DNA of 64,000 nucleotides from positions 8,223 to 72,222 of the IMG/VR virus record IMGVR_UViG_3300045988_134667, one strand, 5' to 3'. Below, in pieces: positions 47,781 to 57,604 of the stretch (positions within the stretch are counted from its first letter, which is position 1; each line of letters starts with the position of its first letter). Position numbers and translations under genes: made by a program. The notes below the pieces were generated by a model. The model saw only the letters and a program-made list of their open reading frames with translations. It was not told the DNA's origin and ran no database searches. The DNA comes from a virus.

Positions 47781-49140
47781 TACAATAGAGAGTCAGTTAT
47801 TGACTCTCTATAACAGAGGAGGTGAAACAATATAAATAAAGCGGAAAGACATGTAATAAACAAAAACCATCCAATGTATTTAGCTTGTGATAACTTATGT
47901 TTTCTGGCAAAGAATATGTATAATTTATGCAATTATACAATTCGCCAAGAATTCTTTGAGACAAAGAAAGTTAAGAAGTATGGTGACTTAAATAAGGAAC
48001 TAAAACATACAGATGCTTTTATGGAACTTGGATCAAATGCAGCACAGATGGTTACAAAAGCATTGTGTAAGTCTTGGAAATCATTTCTTGTATCAGTTAA
48101 AGATTATACTATTCATCCAGAAAAGTATTTGGGAAAACCTAAGATACCAGCTTATAAAAAGAAAGACGGTAGATTTGTTTGTACTTTAACTAATATGCAG
48201 ACTAAAGTGAAAGATGGTTATTTGTATTTTGCTTTTAAGAGAATGAAAGAGTATAACAATTTAATTCTCACAAAAGTTACAGGTCATCATTTGTCTACGA
48301 GAATTGTTCCAAAAGGTGGTTGTTATATTATTGAAATTGTTTATGACGATGAAAAGCAATGTAAAAGTGAATTGGATAGAAACAGAATTGCTTCGATTGA
48401 TTTAGGTGTAAATAACTTTGTAACAATGGTAAATAACATAGGAGAATCTTCTATTGTTATAAATGGCAAAGGAATTAAATCTTATAATCAGTATTGGAAT
48501 AAAAAGGTTTCTAAATTAAGAAGTATTGCGAAAACCGTAAATGGATCTGATTGGACTAAACAGATGCAGAGCCTTACAAATAAAAGATATTTCAAGATGG
48601 AGTATTTCATGCATTGTGCGAGCAAATGGATTGTTAGTTATTGTGTGAAACATAATATTGGAACACTTGTTATTGGTAAGAATGATGGTTGGAAACAGAA
48701 AACAAATATGTGTAAAATTACAAATCAGACTTTTACTCAAATACCATACGAAAGTTTTCTTGAAAAGCTTGGATATAAGTGTGAAGAAACTGGTATAGAT
48801 TTGATTAAAACAGAAGAAGCTTATACTTCAGGAACTTCTTTCTTAGACAATGAGTTACCTGTTAAAGAAAATTATAACAAGTCAAGAAGAGTTTATAGAG
48901 GATTATTTAAAAGCAACAACGGAGAATATATAAATGCCGATGTTAATGGTGCATTTCAAATAATGCGTAAAGTATTCTCAAATGTAAAAGCAGATGAGAT
49001 AGTGGGTGCATATTCACACCCTGTAATTATAAATTTGTAATTGTAAATGGAAAATAAAAAGCCAATGAATGCCAAGATTGATTCAATGCATGAGAAAAAT
49101 CTGTTTAAATTACAGCCAATGCCAAGTTTTGTGTATCAGG
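47781..49140 (+). mobile_element. IS200/IS605-family element carrying tnpB only (IS1341-like); right boundary approximate
   Basis: Perfect subterminal hairpin ATAGAGAGTCA-gttat-TGACTCTCTAT at 47785-47811, immediately upstream of tnpB. Repeated GCCAATG(A)ATGCCAAG segments lie downstream of tnpB, in the expected right-end / guide-RNA region. Confidence 0.55.
47874..49040 (+). CDS. tnpB: TnpB (IS605 OrfB-type RuvC-like RNA-guided nuclease family)
   Basis: RuvC-I IASIDLGVNNF, RuvC-II IGKNDGW, RuvC-III ADVNGAFQIMRKV. The usual CxxC zinc finger appears to be replaced. Confidence 0.7.
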   Translation: MYLACDNLCFLAKNMYNLCNYTIRQEFFETKKVKKYGDLNKELKHTDAFMELGSNAAQMVTKALCKSWKSFLVSVKDYTIHPEKYLGKPKIPAYKKKDGRFVCTLTNMQTKVKDGYLYFAFKRMKEYNNLILTKVTGHHLSTRIVPKGGCYIIEIVYDDEKQCKSELDRNRIASIDLGVNNFVTMVNNIGESSIVINGKGIKSYNQYWNKKVSKLRSIAKTVNGSDWTKQMQSLTNKRYFKMEYFMHCASKWIVSYCVKHNIGTLVIGKNDGWKQKTNMCKITNQTFTQIPYESFLEKLGYKCEETGIDLIKTEEAYTSGTSFLDNELPVKENYNKSRRVYRGLFKSNNGEYINADVNGAFQIMRKVFSNVKADEIVGAYSHPVIINL

Positions 49141-49151
49141 CGTAAATGAAA

Positions 49152-49196
49152 TACTATATATAGTGTTTATAGAAAATATAGGCACTATATATAGTG
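49152..49196 (+). promoter_or_regulatory. pair of perfect palindromes (C)ACTATATATAGT(G), 31 bp apart
   Basis: Core sites at 49153-49164 and 49184-49195, upstream of gene 49241. Confidence 0.55.
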
Positions 49197-49240
49197 GTAT
49201 TTTTACCAAGAAACATAGATTTCCTTCGGGATGAAAAGAG

Positions 49241-49570
49241 GTGAAGTTTTTGAAAATCGTACAGAATAAATCACATTATGATTTTAGAATAAAAATCGGA
49301 AATAACTATGTAACTGTTGCAACGCTTCATCCGTGGTTATTCAGTAAACATAATCATAAATACAGTCTGTATTTTTATTATTATGGAGCTGAATATGAAG
49401 AAGGAACGTATGCTTGTTGTCATAGAAATGGAAATGAAAAGATGACGGTATATGAACAAGAAAATGAACTTCATAAAGAATTTCTTGAAAGAGTGAGAAG
49501 AATAGTTTCAAAGAAACTGTATGTCATAGGAAGTTCGATCTTGGAAGAAATAAAGTATATTGAAGATTAG
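49241..49570 (+). CDS. hypothetical protein
   Basis: ORF track. Confidence 0.55.
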   Translation: MKFLKIVQNKSHYDFRIKIGNNYVTVATLHPWLFSKHNHKYSLYFYYYGAEYEEGTYACCHRNGNEKMTVYEQENELHKEFLERVRRIVSKKLYVIGSSILEEIKYIED

Positions 49571-49597
49571 GAGAATATATTAGCAGGAGGTGATGCG

Positions 49598-50281
49598 ATG
49601 AGCAAGATATACGATTATGAAGAATATCAAAATCAACGAGTAAAAGTTACATATACTGATAAAAGAAAATACAGAGAAGAAAACATTGTTGGTCTATATG
49701 GACAAGTTATTAAGACTACAAGTGGATCAATAGCGGTTCAGATTGATGGAATGTATAATGCAGCAAGCTCCAATGGATTATATTGGTTTAAAAGAAGTGA
49801 ATTGGATATTATTAGAGATGGAAGTGAGGATAATAAAATGACAGGATTTAATAAAGTGGCGATTGTAAATTTGGTAGATGATTACAATAAGAAGGATTAT
49901 GGATTTGCTTTATATGATGAAGATATGAATGAAATTGTTAAGTACGATACAAACCATCCGTTATATGTGATTGTAAATGCAAGAGGAAAAGATAATAGAG
50001 TCCTTGGAATTTTAAAAGAAGTAAAGTCAGTAGAAGCATATGGCAAGTGCGTAACGGCACAGGTCGTTGGAGTTGTTAATATGAATGCATACAATGCAAG
50101 AATTGATGAGGAAAATCGTCAGAAAGAAATTGCAAAGCAGAAAGCTTCTATTGAGAAGGAGTTAAAGTCTGAGATTGAAAAGATGAATAATATTGCTTTA
50201 TATGAAAAGATGGCAAAGGAGCATCCTGAGAATCCAAGACTCGCTGAACTTGTTAATGCACTGAAAGAGTTAGGAGAATAA
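49598..50281 (+). CDS. hypothetical protein
   Basis: ORF track; SD AGGAGGTGA. Confidence 0.6.
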   Translation: MSKIYDYEEYQNQRVKVTYTDKRKYREENIVGLYGQVIKTTSGSIAVQIDGMYNAASSNGLYWFKRSELDIIRDGSEDNKMTGFNKVAIVNLVDDYNKKDYGFALYDEDMNEIVKYDTNHPLYVIVNARGKDNRVLGILKEVKSVEAYGKCVTAQVVGVVNMNAYNARIDEENRQKEIAKQKASIEKELKSEIEKMNNIALYEKMAKEHPENPRLAELVNALKELGE

Positions 50282-50285
50282 ATAT

Positions 50286-50765
50286 ATGAAGATAGAATTA
50301 ATCAAATTAAAATTCAATGATACTCATTCTTATAAGCATAAGCCATTTACATATTGCTGTGATGAAATTCAAAATGATAAGGCTATTGTATTTACAGGTG
50401 AAGATTTGGTATGCAACGATACTTTTGGATTAGTAGTAAGAGATTCAGATGATAATATAATTCCTCAATTTTGTAATTCATACACCGAAACATTTAACTC
50501 TTGGGGTGATGAGTATGAGCAGACAGATAATTATCCAATTCAATTTTGCCCTCACTGCGGAGAGAAGATTGAGATTTCAGTCGTAGAAGAGATTGATGTA
50601 TCGGATAAATATGAAGAATTAACTAAGCAGCGTGATGAATTATGGAAGAGGTGTCAGAGAACAGACAGTAAGAAAGAAGAGAGTGAGTTGAGAAACAAGG
50701 TTAGAAAGCTGGATGACCAGATAAACGATTTCTATGAATTGTGTGAGTGGAAAGGAGAATATTAA
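50286..50765 (+). CDS. zinc-ribbon-containing protein
   Basis: FCPHCGEKI. Confidence 0.5.
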   Translation: MKIELIKLKFNDTHSYKHKPFTYCCDEIQNDKAIVFTGEDLVCNDTFGLVVRDSDDNIIPQFCNSYTETFNSWGDEYEQTDNYPIQFCPHCGEKIEISVVEEIDVSDKYEELTKQRDELWKRCQRTDSKKEESELRNKVRKLDDQINDFYELCEWKGEY

Positions 50766-50766
50766 A

Positions 50767-51087
50767 ATGGAGAATAGATTATTGTTTGAGAAAGATGTTA
50801 TTAGAGCAGTTGATAAACATACAAAAGATGATGATCGGCTGGACGATGATATTAGTTGTATTCTTGAAGAAATTACTTCACCAATTCAAGTCGGCTCAAT
50901 AATAATAGAGGATAATCCAATACAGAAACAGAGACGAATATTATTATTCGAGAATGAGAATCTTGACTTAGAGCAGCGTGGTAACAGATATTATTTATCA
51001 CTTTATGATAAGGAAGGAAAATTTCAGAGAGAAGTAACCATTGATGTAAAGGACGACTATAAAGTTGGACTTGGGAATGGTAAGTAG
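50767..51087 (+). CDS. hypothetical protein
   Basis: Trimmed to an ATG (MENRLLF) with SD GGAAAGGAGAA. Confidence 0.5.
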   Translation: MENRLLFEKDVIRAVDKHTKDDDRLDDDISCILEEITSPIQVGSIIIEDNPIQKQRRILLFENENLDLEQRGNRYYLSLYDKEGKFQREVTIDVKDDYKVGLGNGK

Positions 51088-51096
51088 AGGAGCTTT

Positions 51097-51285
51097 ATGA
51101 GATCAGAGATTAAAAGACGACAATTTTCTGAAAATCATCAATCTTGGTTCTCTCATGATTGTGCTTGTTGGGCAAATAATCACAATGGTTGGAGAAAGAT
51201 GAAAAAGAAGAATCGTAGATTATTTAAAAAGAAGTATAGAAGAGAAGTTGAAAATGATATTAATAAAGAATTGAATGATATGTAA
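51097..51285 (+). CDS. basic small protein
   Basis: ORF track. Confidence 0.45.
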   Translation: MRSEIKRRQFSENHQSWFSHDCACWANNHNGWRKMKKKNRRLFKKKYRREVENDINKELNDM

Positions 51286-51365
51286 TAACAGTAAATTCAG
51301 GTTTCTTTTGGACGCAAGGAGAGAATATATTAACAGATAAAGAAAACACAGAAAGGAATAAAATT

Positions 51366-52466
51366 ATGAAAATTATTGAAACAGGAACTACGTATAAGGT
51401 GTATGGTGAAGATTTAGTCGTATTAGACAATCTACCAGCCCAGACATACAAAGTCGGATTTGGTCAGTTCACAGGTTTCTTCTTAGAGAAGCAGAATGAA
51501 TTAGAGATTAAAGAGGATAAAATCTACGGAGTTCACGAAGAAAAAGCGAATAAGGTATTGAACAGATTTGAGAAGTCACGCAAAAATTTAGGTGTAATTC
51601 TCAGTGGGGATAAAGGGATTGGAAAGTCATTGTTTGCAAGATTATTGGCACAGAAAGCAATTCAGAATGGTATTCCTGTTATCTTAGTCGATGATTTTAT
51701 TCCTGGTATTGATGATTTCTTAAATGATATTAAGAATGAAGTGCTCGTGTTATTTGATGAATTTGATAAAACTTTCGCTAGAAGTAAAGACAACGATCCA
51801 CAGTCAAAAATGCTTTCCTTATTTGATGGTACAAGTTCAGGTAAGAAGTTATTTGTCGTTACATGCAATAATTATAGGAATTTGAACGAGTATCTTATTA
51901 ATAGACCAGGAAGATTTCATTTCCACTTCAGATTTGAGTATCCAACGGCAGATGAAGTAAAGGATTATTTGAGAGATAAGCTTAATGAGAAATACCATTC
52001 TGAAATCAATAAAGTAGCTTCATTCTCAAGAAAGATTAAGCTTAATTACGATTGTTTATCAGCTATCGCACTTGAATTAAATGAGGGCGAAACATTTGAG
52101 GATGCTATTAAGGATCTGAATATTGTTAAGTCCGAAGGACAGAATACATACAAACTTACATTGTTTACAGATGAAGGTGTTGTATTCAGTTCAAATGATG
52201 TAAGAATTGATTTATTCAGTGGAGAAAATAACAATATCTGGGTTGAAGATTCAGCAGATAATGGTATTTACATCAACTTCAAGGGTAACAGCGCAGTATT
52301 TAATAATAAGACCAATTCATTTGTTTTACCAAATGACAAAATTAAGGTTGATTATGATGAGGATTATATTGATGAAAAGCTGAGAGATATGTATAAAAAT
52401 CTGCATTATACTTATGCTGAGATTACATTGAATTATGGTAATCGCATTCACTATAACTTAGTGTAA
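51366..52466 (+). CDS. AAA+ ATPase
   Basis: Walker A GDKGIGKS, Walker B VLVLFDEFD, sensor VVTCNN, arginine-finger region RPGRF. Confidence 0.75.
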   Translation: MKIIETGTTYKVYGEDLVVLDNLPAQTYKVGFGQFTGFFLEKQNELEIKEDKIYGVHEEKANKVLNRFEKSRKNLGVILSGDKGIGKSLFARLLAQKAIQNGIPVILVDDFIPGIDDFLNDIKNEVLVLFDEFDKTFARSKDNDPQSKMLSLFDGTSSGKKLFVVTCNNYRNLNEYLINRPGRFHFHFRFEYPTADEVKDYLRDKLNEKYHSEINKVASFSRKIKLNYDCLSAIALELNEGETFEDAIKDLNIVKSEGQNTYKLTLFTDEGVVFSSNDVRIDLFSGENNNIWVEDSADNGIYINFKGNSAVFNNKTNSFVLPNDKIKVDYDEDYIDEKLRDMYKNLHYTYAEITLNYGNRIHYNLV

Positions 52467-52509
52467 CTTCACAGGAAAGCAACAACTCATCTGATTTTTA
52501 TGAAAAGAG

Positions 52510-53088
52510 GTGATAATTATAGCAGGCGGTAAAAAGAAAGGAAATAATTATATAGTAGATGAAGAACACCAAATAGCAAAAATCGAATTACAAAGAAGAA
52601 ATGGCAAAGAAAGTCTTTGGACAATTATAGATTTAGAAGATTTGGAAAGAGTAATTAATTTTCCATATACATGGTATTCAAGATATTTAAAAAATACTAA
52701 AAGCTATTATGTATTTGCAACCGTTTATTTAGGTGGTAAAAACGGACAACCAAGAAATAAAATAGTATCATTACATCAATTCATAATGAATACTACAAAA
52801 TATGTAGATCATATCGAACATAATACTCTTGATAATAGAAAGTCTAAACTTAGAATAATTTCCAATAAAAACAACTTAACGAACAGAAAAGGAAAGAACA
52901 TAAATAATACTTCTGGTTATAGAAATGTATCTTGGAACAAAGAGATGCAAAAATGGACAGTGCAAATACAAATAAATAAAAAATGTGTCGTTTTAGGAAC
53001 TTTCCCTAAAGAGCAACTTGAAGAAGCTGGAAAGTTTGCAGAAGAAATGAGACAGAAATATTATGGAGAATTTGCAGGTGTCGGATAA
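52510..53088 (+). CDS. HNH homing endonuclease with a C-terminal AP2-like DNA-binding domain
   Basis: HNH core LHQFIMN...VDHIEHNTLDNRKSKLRI, AP2-like SGYRNVSWNKEMQKWTVQIQINKKCVVLGTFPKEQLEEAGKFAEE. The start codon is uncertain (GTG inside the SD). Confidence 0.7.
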   Translation: MIIIAGGKKKGNNYIVDEEHQIAKIELQRRNGKESLWTIIDLEDLERVINFPYTWYSRYLKNTKSYYVFATVYLGGKNGQPRNKIVSLHQFIMNTTKYVDHIEHNTLDNRKSKLRIISNKNNLTNRKGKNINNTSGYRNVSWNKEMQKWTVQIQINKKCVVLGTFPKEQLEEAGKFAEEMRQKYYGEFAGVG

Positions 53089-53111
53089 CATATACGAAAG
53101 GATGAGTATAA

Positions 53112-53594
53112 ATGAATTTGAAAAAGATTAGAAGTGAAGATTTGGTTTTCAGTAATGAAATTGAAGATGATAGAACCAATACATACCTCACATTGAACGA
53201 TTATGATTGGATGAATTATAATCTGTCTACTCGTTTTAAGACAGAAGAGATGGGAGTATTAGAAATTGAGTTTGAATATTTCGGTATAGTTACTTCACAG
53301 ATGAATGTAAAACAGACATTAAACGGCAAGGTATATGAAATTACATATGAATATCCAACAGATATTTTCAGTAAAAATTTGATTAAGTTCTTAGAAAAAC
53401 ATATCAGACACTGGAATGAAAAATACACATTTAATGGCGAAGAAGAAGTTATAGATTTCTTTAATGAAGTTCTCGATAAAGGGACTGTTAAAGATGTTGC
53501 TGAAATCAATAAAGATGACAACAGACCACAATGCTGCATAGACCATGATAAATATTTTTCAACATGTGACACTTGTGAGTTTGGAGGTGATTAA
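53112..53594 (+). CDS. hypothetical protein
   Basis: ORF track. Confidence 0.55.
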   Translation: MNLKKIRSEDLVFSNEIEDDRTNTYLTLNDYDWMNYNLSTRFKTEEMGVLEIEFEYFGIVTSQMNVKQTLNGKVYEITYEYPTDIFSKNLIKFLEKHIRHWNEKYTFNGEEEVIDFFNEVLDKGTVKDVAEINKDDNRPQCCIDHDKYFSTCDTCEFGGD

Positions 53595-54071
53595 GTGTTA
53601 GTACCTGCAATTTTATACAAAGAACAGATCAAGAAAGAATTTCAGAAATATTACTATACAACAGATATGATGTATGAAACTGGTTGTATGTGCAATTGGA
53701 GTCCTGAAATTGCAGAATGTCCAAATGAGAGTCAATTCCAATATGCAATAGTTGATAAGAACGAAAAACTCATTGGCTATTTAGGATATTCCGTTGATTG
53801 GTATGTATCTAAAGCATATAACTTTGGATTGTTCTCATTTGACAGAGGAAATATCTTGGTTGGTAGGGACGTATTCGATAAATTAGAAGAACTGATTAAA
53901 ACATTACATAGAGTTGAATGGAGAGCTGTTGGTGGAAATCCTGCTTGTAGAGGTTACGATAACTTTATCGAGAGACATAATGGAATGAAACATGTTCTGA
54001 AAGATTCAATTAAAGATAAGAGTGGTAAATATCACGATGATATTATTTATGAGATTGTGAGTGGAGAATAA
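53595..54071 (+). CDS. hypothetical protein
   Basis: ORF track. Confidence 0.55.
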   Translation: MLVPAILYKEQIKKEFQKYYYTTDMMYETGCMCNWSPEIAECPNESQFQYAIVDKNEKLIGYLGYSVDWYVSKAYNFGLFSFDRGNILVGRDVFDKLEELIKTLHRVEWRAVGGNPACRGYDNFIERHNGMKHVLKDSIKDKSGKYHDDIIYEIVSGE

Positions 54072-54221
54072 TACATTGGAGGTGAAAACATAATGGGAAT
54101 GTATACAGAGATTAATGTGTGTTTTGATTTGTTAAGGAACACACCGAAAGAAATTGTAGATATTTTACATTGTTTTGTAGAAGGAACAGATGTTGAATAA
54201 ATTTAAAGGAGAATATTAAAC

Positions 54222-54533
54222 ATGGAAACAATTTTAAGATTATTAGCAGAGAATCCAGAAAGTTTAGGAGCGGTAGTAAAGACATACATTACAAAGTACA
54301 AAGAGCCTGTATATGATATTTTGAAGGAACTTATGATTATTGCAAAGGATTATTCTGAGAATACTGAATATCCTGCAATTCAAGCGAGAACTAAGAAAAA
54401 TATGTTTGATGCATATATAAATGTTGGATTTACAGAGGATCAGGCATTAGCACTTATGATTAACGATAATATTCAGCTTATGAAGAATATTCAGAAGTCA
54501 GTTAATAATACTCCTGTAAAAAAGAGCAAGTAG
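54222..54533 (+). CDS. hypothetical protein
   Basis: ORF track. Confidence 0.5.
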   Translation: METILRLLAENPESLGAVVKTYITKYKEPVYDILKELMIIAKDYSENTEYPAIQARTKKNMFDAYINVGFTEDQALALMINDNIQLMKNIQKSVNNTPVKKSK

Positions 54534-54563
54534 TGGTTTCGAAGTAAACCAATCTTTCTTTTG
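54534..54563 (+). terminator. rho-independent terminator
   Basis: TGGTTT-cgaagt-AAACCA followed by ATCTTTCTTTTG. Confidence 0.6.
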
Positions 54564-54679
54564 AAAATTTTTAATCATATCTAAGCCATTCGGCTATGGG
54601 AATCCCAGTAAATAAGAGAATATAGATACGAAAGGAGCAATAAGTGTCGGCTTAAACTTGCAAGGCTTCTATTAGTAAA

Positions 54680-55246
54680 ATGAATAAAAAATATAATATT
54701 ATTTATGCTGATCCACCTTGGGATTATGGAAATACTAAAAATCTCAACGGAGAATTTTGGGGAATGGCAGATAAACATTACGAGGTAATGAAATTTAAAG
54801 ATTTATGTAATTTACCAATCGGTAATATTGCAGCAGATGATTGTTTTTTATTTTTATGGGTTACATCGCCATTCCTTGAAAAAGGATTTGAACTTATAAA
54901 ATCATGGGGATTTAAATATGCAACTGTTGGTTTTGTATGGGTAAAGATGAAAAATGATATGTCAGAAGTTAGAAAAGATGGATTGGGCAAATATACTATC
55001 TCAAATGCGGAATATTGTCTAATAGCACGAAAAGGTAAATATTGGCGTGAAGCGAGAAATGTACAACAGATTATAGAATATCCCAAAACAGAACATTCTG
55101 AAAAGCCAAAAGAAATAAGAGACAGAATAGTATCTTTATGTGGTAATTTGCCAAGAGTAGAATTATTTGCAAGAGATTTATGTGAAGGTTGGGATTCTAT
55201 TGGCAATGAAATTGACGGAAGAGATATTAGAGATGTAATTAAGTAA
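54680..55246 (+). CDS. MT-A70-family N6-adenine DNA methyltransferase (orphan)
   Basis: Catalytic DPPW motif (IIYADPPWDYGN); about 190 aa, typical of phage MT-A70 MTases. Confidence 0.75.
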   Translation: MNKKYNIIYADPPWDYGNTKNLNGEFWGMADKHYEVMKFKDLCNLPIGNIAADDCFLFLWVTSPFLEKGFELIKSWGFKYATVGFVWVKMKNDMSEVRKDGLGKYTISNAEYCLIARKGKYWREARNVQQIIEYPKTEHSEKPKEIRDRIVSLCGNLPRVELFARDLCEGWDSIGNEIDGRDIRDVIK

Positions 55247-55270
55247 CAAGAAATTTTTCTTTCTTGGGAG

Positions 55271-55462
55271 GTGATTAATATATTTCATATAGAGAGAACT
55301 AAAGTCGAAAATGGATGCGATTGTTGGGGAAGACCAGAATATGATGATGTATACGAAGTTTATTGTAATGATGAGTTTATATGTCGTATGTCAAGTGATC
55401 CAACCGTATTAGTTGATAAGATAAATGATGTTTTAATTAATTATAGGAGAATAATTATATAG
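55271..55462 (+). CDS. hypothetical protein
   Basis: ORF track; start uncertain. Confidence 0.4.
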   Translation: MINIFHIERTKVENGCDCWGRPEYDDVYEVYCNDEFICRMSSDPTVLVDKINDVLINYRRIII

Positions 55463-55507
55463 GACAGCTAATTGATAAAACAGTATTATGAAAATCGGAG
55501 GAAAAGA

Positions 55508-55702
55508 ATGAAAAGAGGAGATATTATTGAATTAATTGAGGATACAACATTTTATAAAAAAGGTAAGAAGGCTTATTTTATTGGTAGGTCAAATACTAAT
55601 CCCAATAATATCGAAATTGTTTGGGTTGGTGAAGAACAGTCTTATAAAGATGGCGATATAGATGAATTTCCAGCTAGATTATTTTTAAATAGTGGAGAAT
55701 AA
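55508..55702 (+). CDS. hypothetical protein
   Basis: Trimmed to an ATG (MKRGDIIEL) with SD GGAGGAAAAGA. Confidence 0.5.
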   Translation: MKRGDIIELIEDTTFYKKGKKAYFIGRSNTNPNNIEIVWVGEEQSYKDGDIDEFPARLFLNSGE

Positions 55703-55706
55703 TTTT

Positions 55707-55901
55707 ATGAACAATGGAGTAAATTACACAATCATCAGTAGACCTTCTTATATTACATTTGAGTGCCCATTTTGCCATGAAGAAGTTGAAGTGAATTTTG
55801 ATAAAGTTGATTTCAATAGTGATTATTGGGGAGATGGTGCTTGGTGTGATTGTCCTAAATGTGGTGAGGAAGTGGAACTTGATGATTATGAGTACGATTA
55901 G
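55707..55901 (+). CDS. zinc-ribbon protein
   Basis: CPFCHEE...CDCPKCGEE. Confidence 0.5.
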   Translation: MNNGVNYTIISRPSYITFECPFCHEEVEVNFDKVDFNSDYWGDGAWCDCPKCGEEVELDDYEYD

Positions 55902-55955
55902 GAGAATAATATTATGAAGGGCAAATATAAAAGTTGCGACATAGAGTAGAACGAG

Positions 55956-56342
55956 GTGATTAATATTTCAGAATTACATGATAAATTTGAAAAAATAAGT
56001 GATGCTATAAAAGTCTTAATGGTTAGTAAGCAGATGGACGCAATAGGGAAAATGATAAGTGCAATGTCAGAAGCTCAAATACAAAATGAACTTGAACAAA
56101 AATATAAAGACTTAGGCATACAGGTACAAGAAGATCCGATTGCAAAGCTTCTTGAAACAATTAATGAAATGCATTTTGGCGATAATTTTCCTATTGAATG
56201 CCTTGAACCTCCAAAACAAGAGTTATCTACTCTTAAAAAGAGAATAAAGTATTGTAAGAATCCTATGGAGAAAAAGAAATTAGAGCAGGAATTAAATGCT
56301 TTATATAAAGAACATAAAAGAAATAGGAGAATAATATCATGA
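55956..56342 (+). CDS. hypothetical protein preceded by a disrupted copy of the MKGKYK... gene start
   Basis: Track ORF begins at a GTG that abuts a GAGG. The ATG (about 55913) and SD belong to a roughly 60-bp segment duplicated at 56322-56386. Confidence 0.5.
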   Translation: MINISELHDKFEKISDAIKVLMVSKQMDAIGKMISAMSEAQIQNELEQKYKDLGIQVQEDPIAKLLETINEMHFGDNFPIECLEPPKQELSTLKKRIKYCKNPMEKKKLEQELNALYKEHKRNRRIIS

Positions 56343-56533
56343 AAGGTAAATATAAAGGTTGTGACATAGAAGTAGAACGAGGTGGTTCAGAGTTCTTGAC
56401 CTTTGCAGTATTCGATAATGGATATGAAGTGACAAGTGGATTTTCTGAAAGTAGCGACACTGTAAGAGATTATTATAGCTATATGAAAAGTGTAGTAGAT
56501 GACTATAAAGAACATCCAGAAGATTACGAATAG
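56339..56533 (+). CDS. hypothetical protein (intact copy of the MKGKYKGCDIEVERGG N-terminus)
   Basis: ORF track. Confidence 0.5.
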   Translation: MKGKYKGCDIEVERGGSEFLTFAVFDNGYEVTSGFSESSDTVRDYYSYMKSVVDDYKEHPEDYE

Positions 56534-56545
56534 GAGGATAACTAT

Positions 56546-57289
56546 ATGGATAATTTAACATACAGAGAAGAAGTAAATCTTTATGAAACAATTCAAAAAT
56601 CGTTTCCTAAAATTCTAATCAAGGATCTTACAGAATACGAAAGAATTTGTCCTGTCTGCAATGGTCTTGGAATGAGAATAGAAGACAATATTTATGGAAT
56701 CAAAGGCGATAGTTCTGAAGCTGGTAGAAAATATCATTTTCCATACAAGCATCAAGCACTTTCATTTTGTCAGAGTTGTTTTAATGGAGTACAGCAATTA
56801 TGTCCTTATTGTGGACAGTCTTATAAGAATCAGGGATATATGCATTGTGATTGTGAAGGACAGAAGAAAGCTGACGAAGAAGAGAGGATAAAGAAGTGGA
56901 GTGATAAAGTATCTAAAGCAGTTCCAGTTGATGAAAAAGATGTAAACACGATGCTTTACTGTGAAGAGTTTGACGAGTATTACGATACTGTTGATGATTT
57001 CTTTGACGATTATTTTGGGCGTTATACAGATGAAGAATTTAATAATGATGGCAGACCTGAGAGATTATGGGTGTGCAGCGTGGAGAAGATTCATATTGAT
57101 GCTGATAATGTAGTTGATAATGCTTGCGAAGAGTTACATGAAGATGCTTATGAACAGTGTGATATTGGTGGTCTGCAAAATTTGTTAGATACCTGGTGTA
57201 AGGATCAGACAGGAGCTACTACATATTATCCATGTTATAAGCAGTATGTAGAAATTGATTGGAGTGAATATGAAGATTATAGCAGGTAA
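56546..57289 (+). CDS. multi-zinc-finger protein
   Basis: CPVCNGLG, CQSCFNG, CPYCGQS, HCDCEGQ. Confidence 0.6.
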   Translation: MDNLTYREEVNLYETIQKSFPKILIKDLTEYERICPVCNGLGMRIEDNIYGIKGDSSEAGRKYHFPYKHQALSFCQSCFNGVQQLCPYCGQSYKNQGYMHCDCEGQKKADEEERIKKWSDKVSKAVPVDEKDVNTMLYCEEFDEYYDTVDDFFDDYFGRYTDEEFNNDGRPERLWVCSVEKIHIDADNVVDNACEELHEDAYEQCDIGGLQNLLDTWCKDQTGATTYYPCYKQYVEIDWSEYEDYSR

Positions 57290-57494
57290 TTATTTTGGTA
57301 AAAATATTCAGTTTGTATGTAGAAGCTATAACTGTGTATATGAAGTTGAATCAAAGGATGATTGGAATATTCGAATGGTATTTCCTAACTATTGTAGTTT
57401 TAAATATAAAGTTCCTGAATATGAAGTAGTTTGTCCTAATTGTGGTCATAGAGAATATCTTGGTTGTGATCAAGATGACTTAATAGGGGACTGA
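57270..57494 (+). CDS. zinc-ribbon protein
   Basis: CPNCGHREY; trimmed to an ATG. Confidence 0.45.
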   Translation: MKIIAGNYFGKNIQFVCRSYNCVYEVESKDDWNIRMVFPNYCSFKYKVPEYEVVCPNCGHREYLGCDQDDLIGD

Positions 57495-57604
57495 ATCTGA
57501 AAATTTGCATTGTCCTTGGATTCCTCTATTAAAGAAGAGAGAAGATTGGAATGAACGATATAGGGTTGAGCCAATAAGAGAATAAACATAAGGAGAATAA
57601 TTAT

